From NCBI GenBank assembly GCA_036172245.1, contig JAYWIR010000189.1:1-35410 (forward strand): DNA of 35,410 bases, written 5' to 3'. Position 1 is the stretch's first letter. Each line of letters opens with the position of its first letter. Of the stretch, positions 1 through 11,980 are shown in pieces. Below the pieces are notes generated by a model. It was given only the letters and a program-made list of their open reading frames with translations, searched no databases and had not been told where the DNA came from. The position numbers and the translations under genes were made by a program. The DNA is from Raillietiella orientalis (lineage: Eukaryota).

Positions 1-149
1 AACAGATTAAGTTGTCGAGCGCACAATACTTTGAGCCGCGAAGCAAGTTTACCGACTCGGCAGGAAGGAGCAATCTCCCGTAACAACGCGCCCGGCGTGG
101 CAACAGCGGCACCATCTTACGCCCGGCTACGCAGCGGCGGGCAAAATTA

Positions 150-550
150 GGCAGTGCAACCGGTGCGATCCTTTATGCAGTGCCCGCACCCGGCCGCACT
201 CCAGACATTTCGCTCCGAGGCAAGCGCTGCTCCCCAGTGCCCAAACTCGCAGCCCCGCGCAGAAGGCGGGCTGCGGAGCGACGTGAAACACCACTGTACA
301 TCCTGGGAATATTCGTCCATCCTGACGATGCCGGGATCACACATCCACGGAGAGCTTGATCTTCACCATGACCTCTCGCGAGAACAGTTCGTCCACGTAG
401 TTGCCGAAGGGACACCTCCTTCACCTCCTCCGAACCGGCAGAAGTGGTCCCACACGTCTTCCTGCGCGGTGTTGCAGTGTACACCGCGGAGCACACGACG
501 TTCCTAGGAGGTGGAGGAAGATCACCGTTCTTGAACAACGTTGGGCGATT
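150..550 (-). pseudogene. Unit C: degenerate ORF1 (RRM-like + CCHC knuckle) fragment of a B-related LINE
   Basis: Frameshifted peptide PGIVRMDEYSQDV, followed by EFGH and GHCIKD, aligns with B ORF1 PGIVRIDEDSQEV, KLFGH and KQGH. It is the reverse complement of 34860-35260. Confidence 0.8.
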
Positions 551-568
551 TTCTTTGGAGTGGTTTTG

Positions 569-710
569 CAGGAGTCTGCGCGAACGCAGCCTCCCAACCT
601 AAAAATTATGCTTCCGAGTAACCCGCATTTGGGGTTATCGCGGAGGTCAGCCCCGCCGGCGTGCAATTGCCAGGCCTCGCTCCGGAGGAATTGCCGTCGT
701 GAACACAATT
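569..710 (-). pseudogene. U1: 5'-truncated U1 snRNA (nt 25-166)
   Basis: 142 nt matching the intact U1 from AATTGTGTTCACG to GACTCCTG. Lacks ATACTTACCTG and abuts the LINE B' 3' end. Confidence 0.95.
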
Positions 711-3700
711 TTCTCCAGGTCCCACAAGGGGTGGGGTGAATTTTTTTTTCAAATTTTTCTTAAACATTCATACTACAATTTCATTCACACAATATATTAT
801 CACTTTCACTTCACTTGAAGGTCCGTTGGGACACTCAAAGTTCTGCATTCAGGGTGGGTTTCCAGATGTTTGGTCCCGTGCGTCGTCCTCAATCCTCTTC
901 AGGATAAATCGGTACGTCCAGGCTTGGAGTCGTCCACAGTTCCTGATACCAATCTCCCTGCGGATGAGTCCTTGTAGGATCTCCATGGGGGTTCTGGTTC
1001 TCCTGGCATTTCTCATATTCCACCACCGCAAAAGTATGGCGGTGATGAAGAGGGCAATGGTCATCCTCACCATGGCATTGTAACAGGGAACCTTACCATC
1101 TCCCTGAAACATCCCGGAGAGGATTTCCATCACGGACTTGTTTTGTCCTATGATCCCTTTCAGGATCAGCCAGTCGCGTAGCAAAGTGGGACACGTCAAG
1201 ATGTGTAGTCTCGTATCGATGTCTCCACATGCCGTGCAGTCTTCATCTTCCCGTCTTCCTGTGAAGCGCTTGAACCTGGACCCGGTCTGGATTCCTCCAT
1301 GATAGAACATCAGGAGGTCGCCCAGAGTGTCCGGCGGAAGGTCACTCCTCCAGAGTGTCGTGCCAATCGCCAACAGGTTAAAACGGTTACTCCCGTAGCG
1401 ATCAGCGGCTTCTTGGAGGGCACTGGTGTCTTGGTCCTCATCCTTAATCATTCTTCGGAGGTTCACCTTGGTTACCCTGGACCACGCGAGGTCATTGTGG
1501 TTGATCCACACTTCGCAGGTCATATGGGTGAACCTACCCACCATCATCTCTATATACCGAAGTATACGAGTGTGATGTGGGTGTACTCCTCTTCTGAACT
1601 CCTGGATGCGTTGTAGGGTAACTCTGGGCCGCTGGTAGATCCAGCTTCTCGTGTCCGCAGGGACCGGAAGCATCCACGGGATCACCAGGATGGATTCCTC
1701 TTGCCAGAGTTCCGTGCTTCTCGGCACAATCTTGATCTTGTGCTTGCTCACCAGCCGTGCTTTCTCCTCCAGGTTGGGTCGATGTTGATCCATTCCCCTG
1801 CTCGGCCTAGCAGCGCAGTCATCAGACCTTTCGAGTTGTTCAACAACAACGCGTAGGCCCTGTGCGCCGCATACGGCCAGTCATCCCAGTGAGTAGCGAT
1901 ATCCAGGATGTGTCGCGTATCCATGATTTCCATGGAATGTGCAAGCGACTTCATCCCTGAGCCGCCTTCTTCCCTGGGACGACACAGTTGTTTCAGCCTG
2001 ACTCTTGGGCGATAGTGTCCCCACAATGTCTTTCTCTGCAGCTTTTCCACTTCTCTGGTGTTTTCTTTGTTCAACTTGGCGAAGGCCGTTCCGAAGAGTA
2101 CCTTTGGAAGGAGTACTCCATTCCATAGGTTGGCCTTTCGCTTCATGTCAAAACCCAGGTGGGTGTATTTCGCTGCTTCCTCTGCCGTTTTCCCCAGGAT
2201 TTCCTTCCACAGTAGCTTCGACGCAGAGTCGTCGCCAATGTAGACTCCCAGGTACTTGGCCGTGTCCACCGTTCGGAATCCTATCCCCGTGAGGGCGGAG
2301 AGGTCCAGGATTCCTACGGGCAAAAGCTGGCTCTTCTGGGCGTTGATCTTCAGGCCCAGTCCCTCTTTCATGAGCATCACCACATCCAAAAACGCTTGCT
2401 GATCCCTCTTTCCCCTGATGAAGAAGACAAGATCATCCGCGTAGGCGAGATGGGTGAGCTTCTGATTGTCAATTTTCATCCCTTGTAATCTCCCACTGTT
2501 TTCAATGAATGAAGAGAGCGCCTCCATATAGATAACAAACAGCATCGGACTTAATGAGTCGCCTTGCCGGACTCCTCGCTCCATCCGAATAGCTGCTGTT
2601 TCTAAACCGTTGATCTTTAGCCGGAAACGTTGATTCCGGAGGATCATTTCCACAAAGGTGCTGAAGTATTTGGGAAGTCCCAGCTTTTCCAGAATCTTCA
2701 GCAGCATCCCATGGTCGACGGTGTCGAAGGCTTTCTCCATGTCGGTGAACGCCAGCACCAGGTTCTCGCCGACGTATCGGCTAAGTCCCACGGTGGCCTG
2801 CGCGCACTTAACATTGTCCGACATGTGGCGTGCGGGTACTGCACATGTCTGGACGGGAGAAATCAGCCTCGACATAACTTTGCTTAAGCGGTTGGCCCAG
2901 ATCTTTGCCAACCACTTGGCATCCGAGTTGAGAACTGAGATTGGCCTCCATTGGGTGATCTGCATGAGATCACCTCCTTTCGGCAACAATCTCGTCCTAC
3001 TCTCGTAGAAGGACTCCGGCAATCGTCTTTCTTGGCGGATGCAGAGGGTCCACTGGTGGAATAACCGCAAGTAGGCGTGCAGGTACCGTTGATAGTGACT
3101 GATGGGAACACTGTCAGGTCCTGCCGCCACATCCTTGCGTAAGTCCTTGAACGCAGTCTTCACCTCTTCCTCGGAAAAATCCTCCTCCAGACTCTTACGC
3201 TGGAGCTCGCCAATCTTCCTTTTCAGATGGCTCAGGAAGGTATTCTGTATCGCCTGACACAGATGATCGCGCCGAAGAAAGTGTTTCGTGTAATGCCTTT
3301 CGAGCATCGATAATCCTCCGACGTGTGTCGACTATAGTCGAAGAGATATCTGCAATGACGTTCTTCTTCTCCAGTACACGCCGACTTCCTTTTATGCTAT
3401 GGAAGACGTACCGACTCTCTCTCGTACTGATCAAAGTGCTTTGAGAGGGAGGCGATCTTGGATGTTCAGCTTTCCGAGTGCCGCCTCCTGCCTCCATCTC
3501 CTTCTATCTCCGAATTGCATATTTGCAAAGAGATGGAGAATGGATTCCACCTTTTCCGCCCTCTCGCTTTCTTCCGCTACTTCCATATTTTCGCCTTCCA
3601 CTGCCAATACTTCCTGGGTTAGAGGAGTTTCCTGATCCTTGATGAGCATCTTCCTCTTCCCCTTCTTACCAGCCTCCACAAAGCCGTCCGCCGAAACCGG

Positions 3701-5073
3701 AGCGGTCTCCCTCGCCTCCCTCTGCTTCAACTGTTTTTGCGGTTTCATAACCTCCGCCAAGACCTCCCTTACGGGAGACTGGCCACGCATCGTCCGGTAG
3801 TTTGCGAACTCCGGGCAGCTCCACCTCGCGTGCCCTGGCTGCTTGCAAAACGAGCAGACCTCGGGCATATCGCAACTGCGTACCAGGTGCCCTGCTTCCC
3901 ACAGCGGAAGCAGCGAGACCTGGGGCAGGCACCCTGACGATGGCCGAAATGTTTGCAACCTGTGCGGAACACAGGTTGCTGCCTATGAAAGATAGAGACC
4001 TCCTGGGAGTCTCCATCAATATGCACAATCCCAGGGTTCTGTGCCTCCTCCTGCAGCTTCACCTTGGCGATCACCTCGCCAGAGAAGATTTTTCCTGAGA
4101 AGAAGTTCTGGAACTCTACCTCCAGAATCTCCCCAAACTTGGACAAGAATTCCCAAACGGCATCCTGCTCGGTAGTGACGCCAACACCTCTCAGGAAGAC
4201 GGTCATGTACGGCATTTCGCCGATCCCACAGACCATCCGCCCCTGGATGTTGATGCCCTTCTCGATCAGGGCCTCCCTCAGTGGTTCACTATCTGTATAG
4301 ATAGTGAACCCCGATGTACTCGGAATGATCGCCTCCAGACGATCAAGTCCACATTGGTCTTATATAAGGCCATAAGGCCTTACATTATTGAAGCGGATCA
4401 GTCCGGTCTTAAACGTTATCGGTTTGGATTCCGGACTAAGCCGCACAATCGGCTCCTTGACCCGGGTGATCTTTACCCTCTCGGCTCTGCAAAATTTTCT
4501 CTGCGGCTGGGCACTTGCCTGGCCCGCCGCCACCGCTGCAAAAGGAAAAGGCTGCACCGCCGCAGCCGAGCAAGATGGCGTCGCGATGTTCGCCATGTGG
4601 ACGCCCGCGGGTCCCGCCTGGGACGCCGCCTCGGGCGTGACCTTATCCGCCGCCGCGAGCGCGACCCTTGGCATCGCCGCCGCCGGCGCGACCGTTGCGG
4701 CCGCGGGCGCGATCCTCGGCGTCGCCGCCGCGGGCACGACTTCCACTGTCGCCGCCGCGGGAGCGATCCTCTGCCTCGTCGCCGCCTCGCCACTGCCGTA
4801 CTGTACCTCCATTTCTTCTATGGGGGACGTCGGCCTCCTCGCTCCTCCTACTGTTGCCTGCATCCTGGCGGCTGGTACTGCCGCTGAGGAAGTTTGCAGG
4901 TTTTCCGCCGTGGTCTCCTCGGCGCTTCTGCTGCAGTTGTAAGAGATGATCCTCGGCAGCACTGTCTTTTCCACACTCACTTTCTTATTGACACTTGTCC
5001 TCTCAGGGCACACACGATCACAAATAACCACAATTAATTAACCGTCGTGAGCCGTGTTGATCACAATTGACAC
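711..5073 (-). mobile_element. LINE B' (L1/Tx1-like), diverged copy with internal deletion of the ORF1 C-terminus and the whole APE domain
   Basis: ORF1 pieces at 3550-4860 (CCHC knuckles), RT ORF 1748-3307 (WRPIS, DMEKAFD, GVRQGDSLSP, YADD) and C-terminal ORF 849-1793 (CTACGDIDTRLHILTC). Deletion junction near 3532-3546. Confidence 0.93.
1748..3307 (-). pseudogene. Reverse transcriptase segment of B' ORF2, frameshifted from its C-terminal part (849-1793)
   Basis: Non-LTR RT motifs KAFD, QGDSLSP, LAYADD and KYLGV. Confidence 0.9.
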
Positions 5074-6478
5074 TTTCCCCTAGTCCCACAAGGGGTGGGG
5101 TGAATTTATTTATCTTTTTCGCTACAATGGCTCGTACATTTATAAAATAAAGTCCAGGAAGGGCTCAGAGTCCGTTCCTCTCACGCTTGGGGGAGGGATC
5201 CCCCCCGGACGGGAGGGGGGGGACCGCAATTCCACGCTAGTTGTCCTCGAAGGAAAATCTCCTCCTTCATCCTCTCCGGAGGGACGTCCCCCTTACGGGG
5301 GGTGGGGGTGGTCCTCTCTCCATTTCAACTTCTCTGAATGGAACCCGGAGAGGTTCCACTTCTCTGGAGGGTGTCCGCAAGGGAACCACTTCTGTTTACT
5401 ACTTTGAAGAGAACCTCGAACGGACACTTCCGAAACTTGAAAGGAGCGCTGCAGCTTTCCGCAGGGGATCGCTTTTGCTTGCTTCCTTGCGTGCACACTC
5501 TGTAGGGCGGCGACGACTCGGAGGGACCCCTCACAAGGGGGCGTTCACTCCTTTAGAAAATCCTCCTGTTTTTCCTAGGGAACATTGGTTGACTTCGTTG
5601 CCTGGGCGTCGTCTTCAATCCTCTTGAGGATATCGCCTTCTGTGCCTCTGAGGTCGGTGGTTTCTGTGCCCTGTTCCGGCTTTTCATTGGCACTGTCCGG
5701 AAGTTTCTCACTTTCGCGCAGTATTCTGCTTTTACTTTGAGAAGCTTGTTTTCCGGCTTCTCACGGTGGGTTGTCTCTACCGTTCTGTTGATGTCGTCTT
5801 GCAGTTCGCAAAATCGTCGCAGTAACCGTTCCTGCTCTTTCTTTTCTTCAATATTTCCTTGTTGAACCTCTTCCGCTAATTTTCCCAGATCTTCGGTAAC
5901 CTGTAGGGTTTCCTCTGTTATCGTGACACTTTCTATTTCTATGCTCTTCTTTGTCCACCATCTTGCCTTCTTCTACTACTTCCTTTACTTCCTCCTTCTC
6001 TTCAGGAACTTCCTGTTCCCTCGGGAGTATTCTCCTTCTCCCTTTCCTTATTACTTCTATAAAACGTTCGTGCAGTCGGGGGCCACTTTGCCCGCTGCCA
6101 CGGCCGGCTGGGGCGTTCCAGCAAGATGGCGTCGCGTCCCTCTTAGCTGGCGATGTCGCTTGTCGTGGCGACGCCGCCGCGACGCTTGCGCGCGCCAGGC
6201 CGCTTGAACGGTGGTGCCACCGGCCGCCGGCCATCGGAGACGCGGGCCTCGGCAACGTTCACGAGGGGGACTTCCCCATCCTTGAGGTGGAGCGGATTCC
6301 GAGTCCTCCACCCAGGGGTGGTGTCCTTGCTGGGTCGCACCGGCCGGGGCGCGCGTCAGCTGTCCGAAGAGAGAGCGCTGTGTTCTCCTCCAGAGTTCAC
6401 GGCGGAAAGCACAGCCGAAAGCTTCGCTCCGCACGCGATCGGCAGCAACCGCTTCTCCTGTCTTTGCATTGGCTTTTG
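5074..6478 (-). mobile_element. Unit A: 1405-bp non-autonomous, internally deleted LINE derivative
   Basis: Near-identical reverse complement of 27774-29178. Carries ORF1 C-terminal homology, the last ORF2 codons and the terminal hairpin motif at 5083-5104. Confidence 0.85.
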
Positions 6479-6620
6479 CAGGAGTCTGCGCGAACGCAGC
6501 CTCCCAACCTAAAAATTATGCTTCCGAGTAACCCGCATTTGGGGTTATCGCGGAGGTCAGCCCCGCCGGCGTGCAATTGCCAGGCCTCGCTCCGGAGGAA
6601 TTGCCGTCGTGAACACAATT
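6479..6620 (-). pseudogene. U1: 5'-truncated U1 snRNA (nt 25-166)
   Basis: Same 142 nt as 569-710 and the same junction to the LINE 3' end (GGGACCTGGAGAA|AATTGTG). Confidence 0.95.
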
Positions 6621-6758
6621 TTCTCCAGGTCCCACAAGGGGTGGGGTGAATTTTTTTTTCAAATTTTTCTTAAACATTCATACTACAATTTCATTCACAC
6701 AATATATTATCACTTTCACTTCACTTGAAGGTCCGTTGGGACACTCAAAGTTCTGCAT

Positions 6759-9700
6759 TCAGGGTGGGTTTCCAGATGTTTGGTCCCGTGCGTCGTCCTC
6801 AATCCTCTTCAGGATAAATCGGTACGTCCAGGCTTGGAGTCGTCCACAGTTCCTGATACCAATCTCCCTGCGGATGAGTCCTTGTAGGATCTCCATGGGG
6901 GTTCTGGTTCTCCTGGCATTTCTCATATTCCACCACCGCAAAAGTATGGCGGTGATGAAGAGGGCAATGGTCATCCTCACCATGGCATTGTAACAGGGAA
7001 CCTTACCATCTCCCTGAAACATCCCGGAGAGGATTTCCATCACGGACTTGTTTTGTCCTATGATCCCTTTCAGGATCAGCCAGTCGCGTAGCAAAGTGGG
7101 ACACGTCAAGATGTGTAGTCTCGTATCGATGTCTCCACATGCCCTGCAGTCTTCATCTTCCCGTCTTCCTGTGAAATGCTTGAGCCTGGACCCAGTCTGG
7201 ATTCCTCCATGATAGAACATCAGGAGTTCGTCCACAGTGTCCGGCGGAAGGTCATCCCTCCAGAGTGTCGTGCCAAACGCCAACAGGTCAAAACGGTTAC
7301 TCCCGTAGCGATCGGCAGCTTCTTGGAGGACGCTGGTGTCTTGGTTCTCATCCTTAATCATTCTTCGGAGGTTCATCTTGGTTACCCTGGACCACGCGAG
7401 GTCATCGTGGTTGATCCACACTTCGCGGGTCATATGGGTGAACCTTCCCACCATCATCTCTACATACCGAAGTATACGAGTGTGATGTGGGTGTACTCCT
7501 CTTCTAAACTCCTGGATGCGTTGTAGGGTAACTCTGGATCGCTGGCAGATCCAGCTTCTCGTGTCTTGGGGGACCGGAAGCATCCATGGGATCACCAGGA
7601 TGGATTCCTCCTGCCAGAGTTCCCTACTTTTAGGCACGATTTTTTTTATCTCGTGCTTTCGCACTAGCCTTTGTTTTCTTATCCAGGTGGGGTCGATGGT
7701 TCTCCATTCTCCTGTTCGGCCTAGCAGCGCAGTCATCATGCCTTTCGAGTTGTTCAACAACAACGCGTAGGCTCTGTGGGCCGCGTACGGCCGGTCATCC
7801 CAGTGAGTAGCGATGTCCAGGATGTGTTGCATATCCATGATTTCCATGAAATGTGCGAGCGACTTCATCCCTGAACCGCCTTCTTCCCTGGGACGACACA
7901 GTTGTTTCAGTCGGACTCTTGGGCGATAGTGTCCCCACAATGTTTTCCTCTGCAGCTTTTCCACTTCTCTGGTGTTTTCTTTGTTCAACTTGGCGAAGGC
8001 CGTTCCCAAGAGTACCTTTGGAAGGAGTACTCCATTCCATAGGTTGGCCTTTCGCTTCATGTCAAAACCCAGTTGGGTGTATTTCGCTGCTTCCTCTGCC
8101 GTTTTCCCCAGGATTTCCTTCCACAGTAGCTTCGACGCAGCGTCGTCGCCAATGTACACTCCCAGGTACTTGGCCGTGTCCACCGTTCGGAATCCTCTCC
8201 CCGTGAGAGCGGAGATTTCCAGGATACCGACGGGCAAAAGCTGGCTCTTCTGGGCGTTGATCTTCAGGCCCAGTCCCTCTTTCATGAGCATCACCACATC
8301 CAATAACGCTTGTTGATTCCTCTTTCCCCTGATGAAGAAGAGAAGATCATCCGCGTAGGCGAGATGGGTGAGCTTTTGGTTGTCAATTTTTATTCCTTGT
8401 AATCTCCCACTGTTCTCAATAAATGAAGAGAGCGCCTCCATATAGATAACAAACAGCATCGGACTTAGCGAGTCTCCTTGCCGGACTCCTCGTTCCCTCC
8501 GAATAGCTGCTGTTTCCAAACCGTTGATCTTCATCCGGAAACGTTGATTCCGGAGGATCATTTCCACAAAGGTGCTGAAGTATTCGGGAAGTCCCAGTTT
8601 TTCCAGAATCTTCAGCAGCATCCCGTGGTCGATGGTGTCGAAGGCTTTCTCCATGTCGGTGAACGCGAGCACCAGGTTCTCGCCGACGTATCGGCCAAGT
8701 CCCACGGTGGCCTGCGCGCACTTAACATTGTCCGACATGTGGCGTCCCGGTACCGCACATCTCTGGACGGGAGAAATCAGCCTCGACATAACCTTGCCTA
8801 AGCGGTTGGCCCAGATCTTTGCCAACCACTTGGCATCCGAGTTGAGCACTGAGATTGGCCTCCATTGGGTGACCTGCGTTATTAGATCACCTCCTTTCGG
8901 CAACAATCTCGTCCTACTCTCGTAGAAGGACTCCGGCAATCGTCCTTCTTGGCGGATGCAGAGGGTCAACTGGTGGAATAACCGCAAGTAGGCGTGCAGG
9001 TACCGTTGATAGTGACTGATGGGAACACTGTCAGGTCCTGCCGCCACATCCTTGCGTAATTCCTTGAACGCAGTCTTCACCTCTTCCTCGGAAAAATCCT
9101 CCTCCAGACTCTTACGCTGGAGCTCGCCAATCTTCCTTTTCAGATGGCTCAGGAAGGTATTCTGTATCGCCTGACACAGATGATCGCGCCGAAAGTGTTT
9201 CGTGTAATGCCTTTCGAAGGCATCCACGATGTCCTCCGACGTGTGTCGGCTATGAATCCGAAAGATATCTGTGGCCAGATTCTTCTTCTCCAGTACGCCG
9301 ACTTCCCCTTTTATGCTATGGAAGACGTACCGACTCTCGTACTGATCAAAGTACTTTGAGAGGGAGCGATCTTGGATGTTCAGCTTCCGGTACGCCTCCT
9401 GCCTCCATCTCCTTCTATCTCCGAATTGCATATTTGCAAAGAGATGGATCCTGTGCTTCAGGCTGTCCCAGTCGGCGACTCTTCGGATCGTGGTGGTCTT
9501 CAGAATCGTCTCCAGAACTTCCTGATGACAGGGATGGTTCTCGAACCAGGTGGGCATGCTGATGAGCGCCGCCCTGGTGCCTTGCCTTCGCCGAGGATTT
9601 TCCGTCCTTAGGGAAAATCGCACCAACGGGTGATCGGACAACGCGTTGGGGATGTCACGAAAACCTTGAATGCGGTTCCCTAATTCAGTACTGTGAAGGA

Positions 9701-10298
9701 CGTGGTCTATCGGTCTGTGGCTTGCCGTTCGCCACAGCAATCCGAACTCGTCGGAAAGCCGCCGATACGCCTTCCTTCCTCCGGCGTCCTGGGATCTTGT
9801 GGGTTCATCCAGGATATTGAGATCGCCAGCAACGATCACGACGTCCTTAGGCGCGACCTTTTCCCGGAGTGTCGCATGCAGCACCTCCGCACATCGATGT
9901 TTGTATCTATGTGGCCCGTACACGTTTACCAAGAAAAGGTGAACGTTAGCGGACCAGGCCAGTCGTACGCCGATGATACGTCCCGGCAAGGGACAGAAGA
10001 CTTCCAGAATGGTAGGGGCCAGTTGGTTCTTGACCAAGACCACCACACCTTCCGTGTTCCGCTGTCCTTCGCTGACGAACATCTGCCCATCGAAGCGTCG
10101 TTCCATTTGCTGGATGATCTGGAGACCTAACGTGTGGGTCTCCTGCAGGCACACGATGTCTTGTTGTGCGATGATCCGCACAATCCTTCTTCTTTTAACC
10201 TGGTTGATCAGACCATTTACATTCCAGGAGGCGATGTTAATCCTCCTGGCGGTCGATAGGGTTGAGGCCATAAAAGGGGAAGGCCTACCTCTTGGCAT
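6759..10298 (-). CDS. LINE ORF2 polyprotein, 1179 aa: APE endonuclease + reverse transcriptase + C-terminal zinc finger
   Basis: APE motifs SWNVNGL, CLQET, NVYGP, AGDLN, IDHV, SDH. RT motifs WRPIS, KAFD, GVRQGDSLSP, YADD, YLG. Zinc finger CRACGDIDTRLHILTC. Frame is uninterrupted. Confidence 0.95.
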   Translation of the reverse strand: MPRGRPSPFMASTLSTARRINIASWNVNGLINQVKRRRIVRIIAQQDIVCLQETHTLGLQIIQQMERRFDGQMFVSEGQRNTEGVVVLVKNQLAPTILEVFCPLPGRIIGVRLAWSANVHLFLVNVYGPHRYKHRCAEVLHATLREKVAPKDVVIVAGDLNILDEPTRSQDAGGRKAYRRLSDEFGLLWRTASHRPIDHVLHSTELGNRIQGFRDIPNALSDHPLVRFSLRTENPRRRQGTRAALISMPTWFENHPCHQEVLETILKTTTIRRVADWDSLKHRIHLFANMQFGDRRRWRQEAYRKLNIQDRSLSKYFDQYESRYVFHSIKGEVGVLEKKNLATDIFRIHSRHTSEDIVDAFERHYTKHFRRDHLCQAIQNTFLSHLKRKIGELQRKSLEEDFSEEEVKTAFKELRKDVAAGPDSVPISHYQRYLHAYLRLFHQLTLCIRQEGRLPESFYESRTRLLPKGGDLITQVTQWRPISVLNSDAKWLAKIWANRLGKVMSRLISPVQRCAVPGRHMSDNVKCAQATVGLGRYVGENLVLAFTDMEKAFDTIDHGMLLKILEKLGLPEYFSTFVEMILRNQRFRMKINGLETAAIRRERGVRQGDSLSPMLFVIYMEALSSFIENSGRLQGIKIDNQKLTHLAYADDLLFFIRGKRNQQALLDVVMLMKEGLGLKINAQKSQLLPVGILEISALTGRGFRTVDTAKYLGVYIGDDAASKLLWKEILGKTAEEAAKYTQLGFDMKRKANLWNGVLLPKVLLGTAFAKLNKENTREVEKLQRKTLWGHYRPRVRLKQLCRPREEGGSGMKSLAHFMEIMDMQHILDIATHWDDRPYAAHRAYALLLNNSKGMMTALLGRTGEWRTIDPTWIRKQRLVRKHEIKKIVPKSRELWQEESILVIPWMLPVPQDTRSWICQRSRVTLQRIQEFRRGVHPHHTRILRYVEMMVGRFTHMTREVWINHDDLAWSRVTKMNLRRMIKDENQDTSVLQEAADRYGSNRFDLLAFGTTLWRDDLPPDTVDELLMFYHGGIQTGSRLKHFTGRREDEDCRACGDIDTRLHILTCPTLLRDWLILKGIIGQNKSVMEILSGMFQGDGKVPCYNAMVRMTIALFITAILLRWWNMRNARRTRTPMEILQGLIRREIGIRNCGRLQAWTYRFILKRIEDDARDQTSGNPP

Positions 10299-11873
10299 TC
10301 CTGTGTTTCTTCTATCTGGGAGAGCGTGGTGCTCTTCCAGACGAAGAAGCGGGAGCGGGTTTCTCGCTGCCAGCGTCGCTCTCCGTCCCGGTGAGATCGG
10401 TGATGTCGGTCTCCTCGGTGGAGTGCTCGGCTCGTGCGACGATCTTGCGTGGGAGGGCTTCCAACGCCACCTTGGCGCGCAGAAGTTTGCCTTTACGTCG
10501 AGAAGTTTGTCTTCCAGTTTTACTCATCAAGCATTATCCACCACTGGTTAGAAACTGTTGTGGCATTCCTGAATATTTCTGGGGGTTTGTTCTCACTGAT
10601 TCCTCTGCACTTCCATGGCTCTCCTCATAATTTTTGACCTCTTCAGTGACCACAGGAGGCCTCCGCAGCCCTGGAATGGATCCACCTTTCCCCAGCCTCA
10701 TAAACTTTCTTCCTTCTGCTGCTGTTTCCTTCTATCATTAGCTTCCTGGGTTAGAGGAGTTTCCTGCTCCTTGACGAGCATCTTCCTCTTCCCCTTCTTC
10801 CCAACTTCAACAAAGCCGTCCGCCGAAACCGGAGAGGCCTCCCTCGCCTTCCTCTGCTTTAATTGTTTTTGCGGTTTCATAACCTCCGCCAAGACCTCCC
10901 TTACGGGAGACTGGCCACGCATCGTCCGGTAGTTTGCGAACTCCGGGCAGCTCCACCTCGCGTGCCCTGGCTGCTTGCAAAACGAGCAGACCTCGGGCAT
11001 ATCGCAACTGCGTACCAGGTGCCCTGCTTCCCACAGCGGAAGCAGCGAGACCTGGGGCAGGCACCCTGACGATGGCCGAAATGTTTGTTCATGCCAGGGA
11101 ACTGGGTTGCTGTCCTCAGGGGCTCAGGAACCTCCTGGGAACCATATCAATGCGCATCTATACTAAGGCTGTCTCCTCTTGCAGCTTCACCTTGGTGATC
11201 ACCTCGCCAGAGAAGATTTTTCCGGAGATGTTCTGGAACTCTACGTCCAGAACCTCCCCATACTTGGACAAGAAGTCCCAAACAGCGTCCTGCTCAGTAT
11301 TAGCGTTTACGCCTTTCAGGAAGACGGTCGTGTACGGCATTTCGCCGATCCCACAAACCATCCGCCCTTGGATGTTTGTGCCCTCCTCGATTAGGGCCTC
11401 CCTCAGTGGTTCACTATCTGTGTAGATAGTGAACCCCGTCGTACTAGGAATGATCGCCTGGAGGTAATCAAAGTCCACATAGGTCTTATAAAGTGCTAAA
11501 TAGACCTCCTTGACGTTGTTAAATCGGATCAGTCCGGTCTTAAACATTATCGGTTTGGATGCTGGACTGAGCCGCTCAATCGGCTCCTTGACCCGGGTGA
11601 TCTTTCCCCTCTCGGGTCTGTCAAATTTTCTCAGCGGCTGGGCACTTGCCTGGCCCGCCGCCACCGCCGCATACGAAAAAGGCCGCAGCACCGCAGCCGA
11701 GCAAGATGGCATCGCGATGTTCGCCACGTGGACGCCCGCGGGTCCCGCCTGGGACACCGCCTCGGGCGCGACCTTAACCGCCGCCGCCGGCACGACCGTT
11801 GCCGCCGCGCGCGCGATCCTCGGCCTCGCCGCCGCCTCACCACTGCCGTAGTGTACCAGGCCAACTAGGCCAC

Positions 11874-11875
<2 letters not shown>

Positions 11876-11923
<48 letters not shown>

Positions 11924-11980
11924 GGTCTTCCTTTTGCATACACACACACACACGCGCGCGCGCGCGCGCGCGCGCGCGCA
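11876..11980. repeat. Compound microsatellite: (AC)22, spacer, (CA)6(CG)13
   Basis: Read directly: AC run 11876-11919, CA 11941-11952, CG 11953-11978. Absent from the other two B copies. Confidence 0.95.

Noticed and set aside
1..150. Opposite-strand ORF1 N-terminus (PSYA/YAAAA-like motif) at the window ends
   Set aside because: Too short and frameshifted to support a call without flanking sequence.
5074..6620. U1(25-166)+A as an LTR flanking B
   Set aside because: It flanks the left B copy as a direct repeat, but there are no TG...CA ends, PBS, protease or integrase, the RT is non-LTR type, and the other two B copies are followed by C instead.
6759..10298. Prokaryotic RT system (group II intron, retron, DGR, CRISPR-RT)
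   Set aside because: The APE domain, CCHC ORF1 and spliceosomal U1 genes identify eukaryotic non-LTR elements. No CRISPR array or template/variable repeat pair is visible.
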